From Escherichia phage 308Ecol101PP: 64,000 nt of DNA. How positions within the stretch are numbered: position 1 is the stretch's first letter; every line of letters begins with the position of its first letter. This document shows positions 1-9,187 of the stretch, one piece after another. A program made the translations under genes and the position numbers. Location of the stretch: the sequence record OR062945.1; one strand, given 5' to 3'. The notes beneath the pieces are model-generated. The model had not been told where the DNA came from, searched no databases, and saw only the letters and a program-made list of their open reading frames with translations.

Positions 1-427
1 TCGAATAATAACCAGCTTCACCACCTTGGTTTAATACGTTCGTATCACTACCTAAACGTCGCGGATACTGACCTGTCGGATCTGAAAAACCTTCAAGTTT
101 ATTAGGCTTTTCACGTACAATTCCGCCATATGTACCAAGTACAATCCCGTTTGTTTTCCATTTGTCTAAGAAATGACCATATACTCGAGTTCCTTCAACA
201 GGACCTGTAACAGAACCACCAATACCTGACATTGATGCAGACGTAATAGGTTGAATAACAGTCATCCATGGAAGTTTTTCTGTAGGAATACCTTGTACAT
301 CACCTTGTGCTCTCTGTGCCGGATGAAGACCAACGACTCGAACTCGAACTCGCCCTTGTTTTAATGGGTCCATTCTGTCCTCGACAACACCCACGAACCA
401 ATTAAGGCTGCTGCTAATCATTTCCAT
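1..427 (-). CDS. 5: Baseplate hub / tail-associated lysozyme gp5, N-terminal part (gene runs off the left edge)
   Basis: Minus-strand translation from ATG (rc of 425-427) gives MEMISSSLNWFVGVVEDRMDPLKQGRVRVRVVGLH..., the gp5 N-terminal OB-fold region; TAATG overlap with gene 53 stop. Confidence 0.85.
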   Translation of the reverse strand, partial: MEMISSSLNWFVGVVEDRMDPLKQGRVRVRVVGLHPAQRAQGDVQGIPTEKLPWMTVIQPITSASMSGIGGSVTGPVEGTRVYGHFLDKWKTNGIVLGTYGGIVREKPNKLEGFSDPTGQYPRRLGSDTNVLNQGGEAGYYS

Positions 428-1002
428 TATGCGATCTCCATCTCACGAATCAAATCTGTGATAAACGAGTTTATATCTTCTTTTGCAACAATTTTTATTT
501 TACGAAGTTTTTCATTATCTAATACTGCCGCTTCATAAGTATCTACTGCGGCTAAAGGTCCTTTATATTGCGGATACTTACGTGCTTCATCACCTTTATC
601 GTACCACACTAAAGGCTCGTCCGGATATGAAACCAAATTGTAAAATTTCTCACGATTTTCATTAATATGATAAAGAACTTGGTCACCGCCAGCATTAGCA
701 TATTTCTGAATAGAAGCTTGATACGCTGCTTCCTGAGATGTAATCCAACCATAATACGGATCATAGTTGTCATTACACATCAAAAGGACCCAGTATAATT
801 GAGGGTTGCCATAAATTATGTTTGCTAGTTCTTCAGGACGCGGAGAGCCTTTAATATAATAAGAACGTAATCTATAATTGGCAGCAACACGCTTAAAGTA
901 CTCTTTATAGTTACGAAATATGTCTGTCATAGGAATAGTAGGTGCATTCTTATTAACTGTTTTAGCACTATATCCTATTGGGTCGAAGAATGTAAATAAC
1001 AA
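427..1002 (-). CDS. 53: Baseplate wedge protein gp53
   Basis: 191 aa ORF MLFTFFDPIGYSAKTVNKNAPTIPMTDIF... matches T4 gp53 as I recall it; precedes gene 5 on the same strand; apparent TTG start. Confidence 0.85.
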   Translation of the reverse strand: MLFTFFDPIGYSAKTVNKNAPTIPMTDIFRNYKEYFKRVAANYRLRSYYIKGSPRPEELANIIYGNPQLYWVLLMCNDNYDPYYGWITSQEAAYQASIQKYANAGGDQVLYHINENREKFYNLVSYPDEPLVWYDKGDEARKYPQYKGPLAAVDTYEAAVLDNEKLRKIKIVAKEDINSFITDLIREMEIA

Positions 1003-1029
1003 GATAGTCTCCTTCCAATATGAAATTGG

Positions 1030-1037
1030 TATAAATA
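1030..1037 (+). promoter_or_regulatory. T4-type late promoter TATAAATA for gene 4
   Basis: Exact TATAAATA about 27 nt upstream of gene 4 ATG. Confidence 0.55.
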
Positions 1038-1044
1038 ATAATAC

Positions 1045-1052
1045 TATTTATA
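1045..1052 (-). promoter_or_regulatory. T4-type late promoter TATAAATA (minus strand) for genes 53-5
   Basis: TATTTATA on + strand = TATAAATA on - strand, about 43 nt upstream of gene 53 start. Confidence 0.5.
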
Positions 1053-1063
1053 AGGAGGACAAC

Positions 1064-1513
1064 ATGGCCTACTCTGGTAAATGGGTCCCAAAAAATTTAA
1101 AAAAATACCGTGGAGACCATACCAAAATAACGTATCGTTCAAACTGGGAAAAATTCTTTTTCGAATGGTTGGATAAAAATCCAGAAATTATTGCATGGGG
1201 TAGTGAAACGGCAGTAATTCCATATTTTTGTAATGCTGAAGGTAAGAAACGTCGATACTACATGGACATATGGATGAAAGATGCATCAGGTCAAGAGTTC
1301 TTTGTAGAAATAAAACCAAAGAAAGAAACTCAACCACCTATTAAGCCTGCAAATCTTACAACTGCAGCAAAGAAACGTTATATGAATGAAATATATACCT
1401 GGTCTGTGAACTGTGACAAATGGAAAGCCGCCTCAGCTGTTGCTGAAAAGAGAAATATAAAATTTCGAGTTCTAACCGAAGATGGTCTTAGAAAACTCGG
1501 ATACAAGGGGTAA
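1064..1513 (+). CDS. 4: Head completion protein gp4
   Basis: [51 protein letters not shown]...; SD AAGGAGG upstream; ORF-track start at 920 overlaps gene 53 and is rejected. Confidence 0.85.
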   Translation: MAYSGKWVPKNLKKYRGDHTKITYRSNWEKFFFEWLDKNPEIIAWGSETAVIPYFCNAEGKKRRYYMDIWMKDASGQEFFVEIKPKKETQPPIKPANLTTAAKKRYMNEIYTWSVNCDKWKAASAVAEKRNIKFRVLTEDGLRKLGYKG

Positions 1514-1515
1514 TT

Positions 1516-2337
1516 ATGAGCATATTCCAAATTATATCTGAAGGCGTACAAGCCCCTAAGATTGCTCAGTCTATGAATGAAAGAAAATGGATTGAGATAG
1601 GATTAGAATACAAGAAAGCTAAAGAGAAAGGAATCACTGCAAAAGCATTTGCAGAATCAAAAGGAATAAAATACTCGTCATTTACATCTGCAATGTCTAG
1701 ATATGCATCATCTATTAAGACTGCACAGAAAATTGAAACGCTTGAATCTAAACCTAAAAATAAACTCAATAAGCAAGAACGTCAACTTCTGATGATAAAC
1801 TCGTTTCGCAGTTCAATACGAGAAAAGATTAGAAATGAAGGCGCAGCAGTAAACAACAAATCATCTAAGTGGTTTGTTGAAACAATTAAGAAAAGTGTAA
1901 AAGGTCATAAAGTAGTCAAGCCTACGCCAGGCAAAATTTATACTTACGTGTATGATGCTAAACATAAAGATACTCTGCCGTATTGGGACCGATATCCTTT
2001 GATTATTTATTTAGGATTAGGTAAACATAATTTGATGTATGGGTTAAACTTGCACTATATCCCACCTAAAGCGCGACAACAGTTTCTTGAAGAATTGCTG
2101 AAGCAATATGCTAGCACAACTACTATTACTAATAACACAAAGTTGAAGATAGACTGGAGCAAGGTGAAAGGATTTCAAGGTGCTGACAAAATGATTAAAG
2201 CATACCTACCAGGCCACATTAGAGGAACAATAACAGAAATCGCTCCTAAAGACTGGGCTAACATAATCATGTTACCTACTCAACAGTTTATGTCAAAAGG
2301 AAAACGTTTCTCTGCGAATACTGTTTGGAAATCTTAA
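1516..2337 (+). CDS. 2: DNA end protector protein gp2
   Basis: 273 aa, same size and position as T4 gp2 (between 4 and 3); ATG 3 nt after gene 4 stop. Confidence 0.75.
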   Translation: MSIFQIISEGVQAPKIAQSMNERKWIEIGLEYKKAKEKGITAKAFAESKGIKYSSFTSAMSRYASSIKTAQKIETLESKPKNKLNKQERQLLMINSFRSSIREKIRNEGAAVNNKSSKWFVETIKKSVKGHKVVKPTPGKIYTYVYDAKHKDTLPYWDRYPLIIYLGLGKHNLMYGLNLHYIPPKARQQFLEELLKQYASTTTITNNTKLKIDWSKVKGFQGADKMIKAYLPGHIRGTITEIAPKDWANIIMLPTQQFMSKGKRFSANTVWKS

Positions 2338-2439
2338 TTCTATTCTCTTCCGTTCTTCTGATATTCTGTTGAACCGGATTAATGGAAGAGACCTAAAACC
2401 ATTATACTGCATTTTTATTAAAGCGTTTTTGAGGTGCTT

Positions 2440-3024
2440 ATGACTCGTCCAGCGAGACAGATTTTTAACCAAACAAATATAACAAACTTTGTTGTGGATA
2501 TCCCGGATAGTACACGAACGTCAGGTTTTGTGCTCAATGCCCAAACGGCTCCATTGCCAGGTGTGAGAATTCCTGTTGTTGAAACTGTGACAGGCACAAT
2601 GGGGTTAGGACGTGCAATGCGTGCAGGCACCACATTTGAATACGACCCTTTTGTTGTACGATTTATAGTTGATGAAGACATGACGTCCTGGATGAACATG
2701 TATAAATGGATGCTCAGCACTAATAACTATATAACCGGACATAATACGGCCCACTCCGATGGTCCTGAGTTTGTTACTTTGCACATTTTAAACAACAATA
2801 AGACAGAAGTAGTTTTGACGGCGAATTTCTATAAACCATGGATTTCTGATTTGAGTGAAATCGAATTTAGTTACACCGAAGACTCTGACCCTGCCGTTAC
2901 GTGCGTAGCAACTATTCACTACGCGTATATGACGATAGAAAAGGATGGTGAAGTCATTGTATCTCAACAACCACGTCAAGCGGTCGAATCTAAATCCATT
3001 TCTAGACACCCTTCCTTGCGTTAA
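2440..3024 (+). CDS. 3: Tail completion / sheath stabilizer gp3 (by synteny)
   Basis: Position between gene 2 and gene 1; SD GAGG before ATG 2440; sequence itself not recognised. Confidence 0.5.
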   Translation: MTRPARQIFNQTNITNFVVDIPDSTRTSGFVLNAQTAPLPGVRIPVVETVTGTMGLGRAMRAGTTFEYDPFVVRFIVDEDMTSWMNMYKWMLSTNNYITGHNTAHSDGPEFVTLHILNNNKTEVVLTANFYKPWISDLSEIEFSYTEDSDPAVTCVATIHYAYMTIEKDGEVIVSQQPRQAVESKSISRHPSLR

Positions 3025-3077
3025 TCGCTTCTAGCTCCGTATGTTATAATCACTCATAAATTATATGAGGAAAACCT

Positions 3078-3812
3078 ATGGAGCTAATCTTTTTAAGTGG
3101 CATCAAACGTAGTGGTAAAGACACTACTGCTGATTACATCAATTCAAACTTTAAATCCGTAAAATACCAATTAGCATATCCAATTAAAGACGCTCTAGCA
3201 ATAGCCTGGGGACGTAGGCATGCTGAAAATCCTGATGTATTCACAGAGTTGAAATACGAATACTTTGAAGGCATTGGATACGACCGTGAAACGCCATTAA
3301 ATCTCAATAAGTTGGATGTTATTGAATTATTGGAAGAAGCGCTAATTTATTTACAAAGTCAATATTTACCAATTAATAATGTTAAAGTATTATCATCGTT
3401 AGAAGGTGGATATTCATATCTAGATATTAAACCATACGAAGCCCTGCGTGAAGCTATAAATAATATCAACGACACATGGTCAATCCGCCGTCTTATGCAA
3501 GCCCTCGGTACGGATGTTGTCGTTAATTTATTTGACCGTATGTATTGGGTTAAACTTTTTGCATTAAATTATATGGATTATATTGGAAGTGATTTCGATT
3601 ACTATGTTGTAACCGATACACGCCAAGTCCATGAAATGGAAACCGCTAGAGCGATGGGTGCTACAGTTATTCATGTGGTTCGCTCTGGTACGGAATCCAC
3701 TGATAAACATATTACAGAAGCTGGGTTGCCTATTGAAGAAGGCGATTTAGTTATTACAAACGACGGCTCTTTAGAAGAGCTTTATTCTAAAATTGAAACA
3801 ATCTTAAGGTAA
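3078..3812 (+). CDS. 1: Deoxynucleoside monophosphate kinase gp1
   Basis: MELIFLSGIKRSGKDTTADYI... P-loop; ...RRLMQALGTDVVVNLFDRMYWVKLFAL...ARAMGATVIHVVR...DLVITNDGSLEEL matches T4 gp1. Confidence 0.9.
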   Translation: MELIFLSGIKRSGKDTTADYINSNFKSVKYQLAYPIKDALAIAWGRRHAENPDVFTELKYEYFEGIGYDRETPLNLNKLDVIELLEEALIYLQSQYLPINNVKVLSSLEGGYSYLDIKPYEALREAINNINDTWSIRRLMQALGTDVVVNLFDRMYWVKLFALNYMDYIGSDFDYYVVTDTRQVHEMETARAMGATVIHVVRSGTESTDKHITEAGLPIEEGDLVITNDGSLEELYSKIETILR

Positions 3813-3816
3813 TAAA

Positions 3817-4502
<686 letters not shown>

Positions 4503-4514
4503 TTTAACAAAACA

Positions 4515-4553
4515 GTTTACATAAGGATGATGGCGTGTTACTATCATCCTATC
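4515..4553 (+). promoter_or_regulatory. Early promoter cassette (GTTTAC -35, extended -10 TGTTACTAT) with flanking inverted repeat
   Basis: GTTTAC 4515-4520; IR AGGATGAT / ATCATCCT around the -10. Confidence 0.55.
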
Positions 4554-4578
4554 AAATAAACGACCTCAAGGAAATAAA

Positions 4579-4866
4579 ATGAAAACCTATAAAGAATTTA
4601 TATCACCTGTTGCTAACGTTTCTACTCTGACCGAAGCAACCCTTACTTCCGAAGTTATTAAAGCAAATAAAGGACGTGAGGGTAAACCAATGATTAGTCT
4701 GGTTGACGGCGAAGAAGTAAAAGGTACTGTTTACTTAGGGGATGGATGGTCTGCTAAGAAAGATGGCGCTACTATTGTTATCTCTCCGGCTGAAGAGACT
4801 GCACTGTTTAAAGCTAAGCATATTTCTGTAGCTCAGCTTAAAATTATTGCAAAAACTCTTCTGTAA
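4579..4866 (+). CDS. Internal protein I-like capsid-targeted protein
   Basis: N-terminal MKTYKEFISPV... capsid-targeting leader; 95 aa; position next to 57B as T4 ipI; promoter cassette at 4515. Confidence 0.7.
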   Translation: MKTYKEFISPVANVSTLTEATLTSEVIKANKGREGKPMISLVDGEEVKGTVYLGDGWSAKKDGATIVISPAEETALFKAKHISVAQLKIIAKTLL

Positions 4867-4869
4867 GTA

Positions 4870-4908
4870 GTTTACATGCTGATAGGACTATGTTATAGTA
4901 GTCCTATC
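4870..4908 (+). promoter_or_regulatory. Early promoter stem-loop cassette (PeSL-like)
   Basis: GTTTAC; 10-bp IR GATAGGACTA / TAGTCCTATC flanking TGTTATAG. Confidence 0.6.
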
Positions 4909-4935
4909 AAATCAACAACCAAACGGAAAAAACAA

Positions 4936-5199
4936 ATGAAAACGTATAAAGAATTTATCGCTGAATCTCAATCTTCTACTCTGTCAGAGAACTACGAATC
5001 ATTCTCTTACAACAACGACCATGCAATGTTCTACGACCGAAACATCGGTACTTATGTCCATGTATGGGGTGTTAAAGATGGTAACGTAGTTGTTAAGAAA
5101 AACTCTAAAGAAGGCAATGGTCGTGGCCAGGTAAAAATTACCAGCAAGAAAGCTATCCAAGCTTACGTCGATTATGTTAAACGCGAAGCTGGTATTTAA
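4936..5199 (+). CDS. Capsid-targeted internal-protein-like protein
   Basis: Starts MKTYKEFIAESQ (CTS leader) at internal ATG 4936; promoter cassette at 4870. Confidence 0.65.
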   Translation: MKTYKEFIAESQSSTLSENYESFSYNNDHAMFYDRNIGTYVHVWGVKDGNVVVKKNSKEGNGRGQVKITSKKAIQAYVDYVKREAGI

Positions 5200-5201
5200 T
5201 A

Positions 5202-5241
5202 GTTTACATGATGATAGGACTATGTTATAGTAGTCCTATCA
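5202..5241 (+). promoter_or_regulatory. Early promoter stem-loop cassette (PeSL-like)
   Basis: GTTTAC; identical IR GATAGGACTA / TAGTCCTATC. Confidence 0.6.
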
Positions 5242-5261
5242 AAACATGAGAGGATAATAAA

Positions 5262-5447
5262 ATGAAACGCGCTGAACTGATTCGTAATGTTGCTGTAGTA
5301 ATTGCTTCAATGGCTTTTAGTTTTTCGATGTTTGTAGGATTCATTTGTGGACTACTGACGACAACTGAAAATTCTATCTCATTGGTAGTAGCATTTCTAA
5401 TCGGCTTAATCGCTATCGTTATGGATAAAATTGCAAAAGGTGAGTAA
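5262..5447 (+). CDS. Small membrane protein (61 aa)
   Basis: Hydrophobic 61 aa ORF directly downstream of promoter cassette 5202 with SD GAGAGGA; the overlapping minus-strand ORF is judged a shadow. Confidence 0.55.
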   Translation: MKRAELIRNVAVVIASMAFSFSMFVGFICGLLTTTENSISLVVAFLIGLIAIVMDKIAKGE

Positions 5448-5448
5448 A

Positions 5449-5811
5449 ATGAAATATCACGTATATGCTGATTTTGAAGCAAATCCTTCTAAAGACCCTG
5501 ATTGTCGTTTGATACGCAGACCATTTGATTCAGCAGCTCAAGCATGGGCTTGGATTAAAACTTGTACTCCTTCTTACACTTTCTTTGAAGTGGTAGACGA
5601 TAACGGAGTTCTGCATCCAGAACCTACAGAAACTATTAATTTCCTTCTGTTTGCTGGTTATGACTGTTATCCTCTTGGTGGTATTGACGACCTTGTTGCT
5701 ACAGGAAAAACTGTTGAGGCTCTTCGCGAAATTTATAAAAACGCAGAAGAAAATTTTGACTGGTATCATATTGTTGATGCTCATACCTTTGAAATGGTGG
5801 AACATTCATGA
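5449..5811 (+). CDS. Hypothetical protein
   Basis: SD GGTGAG then ATG 5449 (MKYHVYADFEANPSKDPD...); stop/start overlap with upstream ORF. Confidence 0.6.
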   Translation: MKYHVYADFEANPSKDPDCRLIRRPFDSAAQAWAWIKTCTPSYTFFEVVDDNGVLHPEPTETINFLLFAGYDCYPLGGIDDLVATGKTVEALREIYKNAEENFDWYHIVDAHTFEMVEHS

Positions 5812-6098
5812 TTCTTTATGCTAAAGTATCGTCCATTGAGAATGGATATGAAAGCGATCAACGTGCAGCTAAAGCACTAGTTGATGACTACGGTATTCTG
5901 ACTAACTTTGAGGTTGAAAAGGTTTATATCGACCGTTCATCTTCGCAAGTTAAATTACTCTGTGAAGACGATAAATTTAACACAGTTAACTTTGATTTCT
6001 TTATTGAAACAGAAAAAGGCCCTCTTGAATATGATATTTTCAAGAATCCTTTGAAATTACGTTGCATTGAATATAATTACATTAATATGGTACGGTGA
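5808..6098 (+). CDS. Hypothetical protein
   Basis: ATGA overlap with upstream gene; 96 aa. Confidence 0.6.
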   Translation: MILYAKVSSIENGYESDQRAAKALVDDYGILTNFEVEKVYIDRSSSQVKLLCEDDKFNTVNFDFFIETEKGPLEYDIFKNPLKLRCIEYNYINMVR

Positions 6099-6102
6099 GT
6101 AA

Positions 6103-6618
6103 ATGAATATTTGTTTAGGCAGTACAATTCCTAAGGGTTACGTAATTGATGTCACTACTTGGGAAAATGACGGCGACAACTATAAAACCAAAACATTATT
6201 TGGTGTAGAAGAGCATGAGCTCCAACAGTTTAAATATCTCTTAAAGAAATTTAAGAGCCGTCATTCCAGCACTAAAGCTGAACGTTACTGTGGTAATACA
6301 CTATTCAGTGATTGTTCGCTTTTAATCTATGAATACTTGGTTGAAGGACTGTTCTCAGACCAGCTTTATCCAGAATTCATTAAAAAGGTCTTTGGTATCG
6401 AAGTTGACCTTGGTGACAAATCCGAAGAAGATGAAACACGTGTATTCGACCTATTCTTTGAGAGCGGAGATGAGATATCTCAAGGACTTATTGATATTCT
6501 TGGCTATGCTTCCGAATACTATGATTACGATTTCTTGCGTGTAGTTGAACGTGTTGAATTCGCTTATATTGAAGAAGAAATTGTTTTGCCGACTGTTAAA
6601 ATGATTGATTTGCTTTAA
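6103..6618 (+). CDS. Hypothetical acidic protein
   Basis: SD GGTGAG before ATG; 171 aa. Confidence 0.65.
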   Translation: MNICLGSTIPKGYVIDVTTWENDGDNYKTKTLFGVEEHELQQFKYLLKKFKSRHSSTKAERYCGNTLFSDCSLLIYEYLVEGLFSDQLYPEFIKKVFGIEVDLGDKSEEDETRVFDLFFESGDEISQGLIDILGYASEYYDYDFLRVVERVEFAYIEEEIVLPTVKMIDLL

Positions 6619-6697
6619 GAATTATGTGTTATTATTAATTCATACCCTCTATTACCAAAGGTGCTCTAAAGTGCCTTTCATAATAGAAAGTTATTAA

Positions 6698-6772
6698 GGC
6701 CCTGTAGCTCAATGGGAGAGCTGTCAGCTCATAACTGATAGGTAGCTGGATCGAAACCAGCCAGGGTCACCA
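6698..6772 (+). tRNA. tRNA-Met (anticodon CAT; could be Ile2 if lysidinylated)
   Basis: Hand-folded cloverleaf: acceptor GGCCCTG/CAGGGTC, D stem GCTC/GAGC, anticodon stem GTCAG/CTGAT with loop CTCATAA, T arm GCTGG-ATCGAAA-CCAGC, encoded CCA. Confidence 0.8.
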
Positions 6773-6775
6773 ATT

Positions 6776-6852
<77 letters not shown>

Positions 6853-6870
6853 ACTTCAAGTGAGGAAAAT

Positions 6871-7215
6871 ATGAAAGGCAATATTTATTTGGTAGTTCAT
6901 GATTTAACGTTTTATTTTAACGAACAGGATACAGTTATTTCCGACCGGTTGATTAATTCGTTATATCAACACGCTGATTACGTTTATTTTCAAAATGAAT
7001 TCGGACATTGGAAGTTTCTTAAAAACCGTTCCGGGTTAACTAGTTTTGAATACTTTGACCGTAAAGACCTTTTAAACGAAATTCCATTACAACATCGGTT
7101 CCAGAAACGCGAATCACTATACTATTGTCGCCATATACCAAATGCTGAATGTGTTTATGAAGCGATTAATCTATGGCGTAGACGTAGAGAGCAAATTGAT
7201 GATATGCCAAAATAA
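6871..7215 (+). CDS. Hypothetical protein
   Basis: ATG 6871 after SD GAGGA; the ORF-track start at 6823 would lie inside tRNA-Arg. Confidence 0.55.
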   Translation: MKGNIYLVVHDLTFYFNEQDTVISDRLINSLYQHADYVYFQNEFGHWKFLKNRSGLTSFEYFDRKDLLNEIPLQHRFQKRESLYYCRHIPNAECVYEAINLWRRRREQIDDMPK

Positions 7216-7518
7216 GAAGCCGGGTCGCTACCGGCAAGTCGTCGGACTGATGTTCCCTGAGTAAGGACTGGTCTTAATAAATCTTTATGATTTGTTAATA
7301 TCCCCTTACATCACAGCAGAAACGGCGCAAAGAATTATCGATTCGAGGAAATATCTTTGCCGTAAGCCGAGTAGCGTTTTTGACGGAACGTTCGGATATG
7401 GTCGAGATATGGCCTTTTAAAAATATTGAGTAGCGTCAACTGCTTAATAACCGGGTTCGAATCCCGGCGTTTCGTACAAACACTTGCCTTAGTAGGTGGA
7501 AACCCCGACAAGGTATAT
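7216..7518 (+). ncRNA. Candidate structured stable RNA(s) with tRNA-like 3' T-arm (non-coding gap downstream of tRNAs)
   Basis: 300 nt without ORF, relatively GC-rich; contains CCGGGTTCGAATCCCGG T-arm-like hairpin (7451-7467) and local hairpins; bounded by terminator 7520; T4 has stable RNAs in its tRNA cluster. Confidence 0.3.
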
Positions 7519-7519
7519 A

Positions 7520-7547
7520 GCCCCTTCCGAAAGGTTGGGGCTTTTTT
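7520..7547 (+). terminator. Rho-independent terminator
   Basis: GCCCC-TTCCGAAAGGTT-GGGGC followed by TTTTTT. Confidence 0.7.
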
Positions 7548-7548
7548 G

Positions 7549-7556
7549 TATAAATA
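7549..7556 (+). promoter_or_regulatory. Late promoter motif TATAAATA upstream of CTS-protein gene 7592
   Basis: Exact 8-mer immediately after terminator 7520. Confidence 0.4.
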
Positions 7557-7591
7557 TAGTAAACAATAAACCTACTTTCTAAGGACCATCA

Positions 7592-8218
7592 ATGTATACT
7601 TTTAATGAATTTTTAGCCGAAACGGAAGTAATCACCGAAGCCGGTGTACGTATGACAAAAGAGAAATGGCAAGCTGCTTACGATGCTATTTCTGGTACAA
7701 AAACTAGTACAGAGTTTTTCAAAAACGTTCAAGCCATGTATGGTATCGACACTTCCAGCCAAAAAGAATATTACAGAGCTTCTAAAGCATTCAAAGATAT
7801 TGTTAGTGGCGGTGTTTCTGCTAAATCGGGTTCGCCTAAAGTAAAACCTGCTCCTACCGTTCCTAAACCTGCGACCCCTAAAGCAATAGCAAAACCTGAG
7901 CCTAAGCCGGAAGTAAAAGCAACTCCTAAAGCTCCTGCTCTTAAGTTTGATACTTCTAGCCTGGAAAAAAAATATAAACAACTATCTTCGCTTGTTCGTG
8001 ATATTGAATCCGATACATCTTCACTCGTTCGTGAATTCAACAGTCTTCGTAATGGCCAACATATCAACAACCTTGATACCCCAGACCTTTATCGTCTTTA
8101 TTTGACTATTGAAGGTTTGAAGTACACTCAACCACTTCATGATGAGATTAAAGAAAAACTTCGTCAGGCAGGTCGTTTGGCTGCTGACGCTGCTCAGTAT
8201 GCAAAAACTCGTAAGTAA
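7592..8218 (+). CDS. Capsid-targeted protein with Pro/Lys-rich linker
   Basis: Starts MYTFNEFLAETEV (CTS-like); PKVKPAPTVPKPATPKAIAKPEPKPEVKATPKAP low-complexity linker; TATAAATA late-promoter motif at 7549. Confidence 0.7.
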   Translation: MYTFNEFLAETEVITEAGVRMTKEKWQAAYDAISGTKTSTEFFKNVQAMYGIDTSSQKEYYRASKAFKDIVSGGVSAKSGSPKVKPAPTVPKPATPKAIAKPEPKPEVKATPKAPALKFDTSSLEKKYKQLSSLVRDIESDTSSLVREFNSLRNGQHINNLDTPDLYRLYLTIEGLKYTQPLHDEIKEKLRQAGRLAADAAQYAKTRK

Positions 8219-8223
8219 AGAAT

Positions 8224-8243
8224 GGGGACTTCGGTCCCCTTTA
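8224..8243 (+). terminator. Rho-independent terminator with UUCG tetraloop
   Basis: GGGGAC-TTCG-GTCCCC then TTTA. Confidence 0.6.
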
Positions 8244-8270
8244 GGGGGTCTATAACTTACTGAAAAAGTT

Positions 8271-8299
8271 GTTTACTTCTTCCCTAGATGTGTTACTAT
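8271..8299 (+). promoter_or_regulatory. Early promoter (GTTTAC, 17 nt spacer, TGTTACTAT)
   Basis: -35/-10 spacing as sigma70 consensus; weak IR. Confidence 0.5.
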
Positions 8300-8327
8300 A
8301 GTCCTATTAAAACATGAGGAGAATATT

Positions 8328-8831
8328 ATGAGTCTTTACACTGAACTGAATAAAAAATCTGAAGAATCCGCTGAAACTATTTTTAAAAACGTGCAAAAGC
8401 GTATTTTAGAAAAGATGTATAACACTGCAGCTAAAGGTGAAAAATCTTGCCGGTTTCCGATGAGGTGTTCTTCCGATTTATGCGCAAATACTATTGAATG
8501 GCTGGAAAGTGAAGGTCTTACGGTAGAGAAAAACCCGGCGTCTTCTATTGACAGTGAATCATATATTAGTATTTCTTGGGATAAATCAAGGGTAGAAGAG
8601 AAAGATGGTGATTGGGTTGTAGATGTTAAAACTTCTGATGGCGGACGTTCTGTTGAAGTTTCAGCTGTAGTTAAAGGTACCCACGAACAAAGGACTTGGG
8701 GATGGGGTGGTGAAGAAAAAGAAATTGTTCTTAGTGTGATTGCCAGGTCAACTAGTAATAAAATTGCACAAAGCATCATTGACGCTGCAATTGCTGAAGC
8801 AGAAAAAATTTGCAAAATTAAAAATAAATGA
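8328..8831 (+). CDS. Hypothetical protein
   Basis: Promoter cassette 8271 and SD GAGGAGA upstream; 167 aa. Confidence 0.65.
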   Translation: MSLYTELNKKSEESAETIFKNVQKRILEKMYNTAAKGEKSCRFPMRCSSDLCANTIEWLESEGLTVEKNPASSIDSESYISISWDKSRVEEKDGDWVVDVKTSDGGRSVEVSAVVKGTHEQRTWGWGGEEKEIVLSVIARSTSNKIAQSIIDAAIAEAEKICKIKNK

Positions 8832-8860
8832 TGTACAAACGCCAAGGACGGTGTTACTAT
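8832..8860 (+). promoter_or_regulatory. Early promoter (TGTACA -35, GTGTTACTAT -10)
   Basis: 17 nt spacer. Confidence 0.45.
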
Positions 8861-8889
8861 AGACCTATCAACTACAGAGGAGAAACAAA

Positions 8890-9117
8890 ATGGCTACAGT
8901 TAGTATTGATGTCGTTGATTATGAATACACCGAAGAAGTTATTCGCAGCCGTCACCCTGAAGTTCGTATCGATTCAGTCCAAGATTCCAAGTTTTGGACA
9001 ACCGAGCTTAATCTGAGTGGTCCTTATGAAGCTGTTAAGAAGTTCATGGTTGAAGAATACTGCGAAGGCATGCACCCCGAAGACGCCGAGTTTTATGTCA
9101 ATTTGATTAAAAAATAA
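8890..9117 (+). CDS. Hypothetical acidic protein
   Basis: Promoter 8832, SD GAGGAGA; 75 aa. Confidence 0.6.
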   Translation: MATVSIDVVDYEYTEEVIRSRHPEVRIDSVQDSKFWTTELNLSGPYEAVKKFMVEEYCEGMHPEDAEFYVNLIKK

Positions 9118-9125
9118 TTTACAAA

Positions 9126-9161
9126 CTCTTGAGAGCAGAGTATAATGCTCTCGTTGGATAA
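9126..9161 (+). promoter_or_regulatory. Early promoter cassette with IR GAGAGC / GCTCTC around TATAAT
   Basis: TTTACA -35, TATAAT -10 at 9150-9155; near-identical copy at 39400. Confidence 0.6.
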
Positions 9162-9187
9162 TAAACCACCAATTGAAAGGTAATAAT

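Noticed and set aside
920-1063. N-terminal extension of the gene 4 ORF back to 920
   Set aside because: Would overlap the gene 53 coding region and the late promoters; ATG 1064 with a strong SD reproduces the known gp4 N-terminus MAYSGKW.
7384-7478. Possible third tRNA ending at the T-arm-like hairpin 7451-7467
   Set aside because: An acceptor pairing (CGGAACG / CGTTTCG) and a T arm can be drawn, but I could not build canonical D and anticodon arms and there is no encoded CCA; kept only as a candidate structured RNA.
7831-7950. Pro/Lys-rich repeat PKVKPAPTVPKPATPKAIAKPEPKPEVKATPKAP as a DNA-level tandem repeat
   Set aside because: The nucleotide sequence is not a clean tandem repeat; it is a low-complexity protein linker.
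7613-8070. Minus-strand ORFs (7613..7981, 7771..8070) opposite the 7592..8218 gene, one strikingly Arg-rich
   Set aside because: They are antisense shadows of the Pro/Lys-rich coding region; no promoter or SD, and the + strand gene has a CTS leader and its own promoter.
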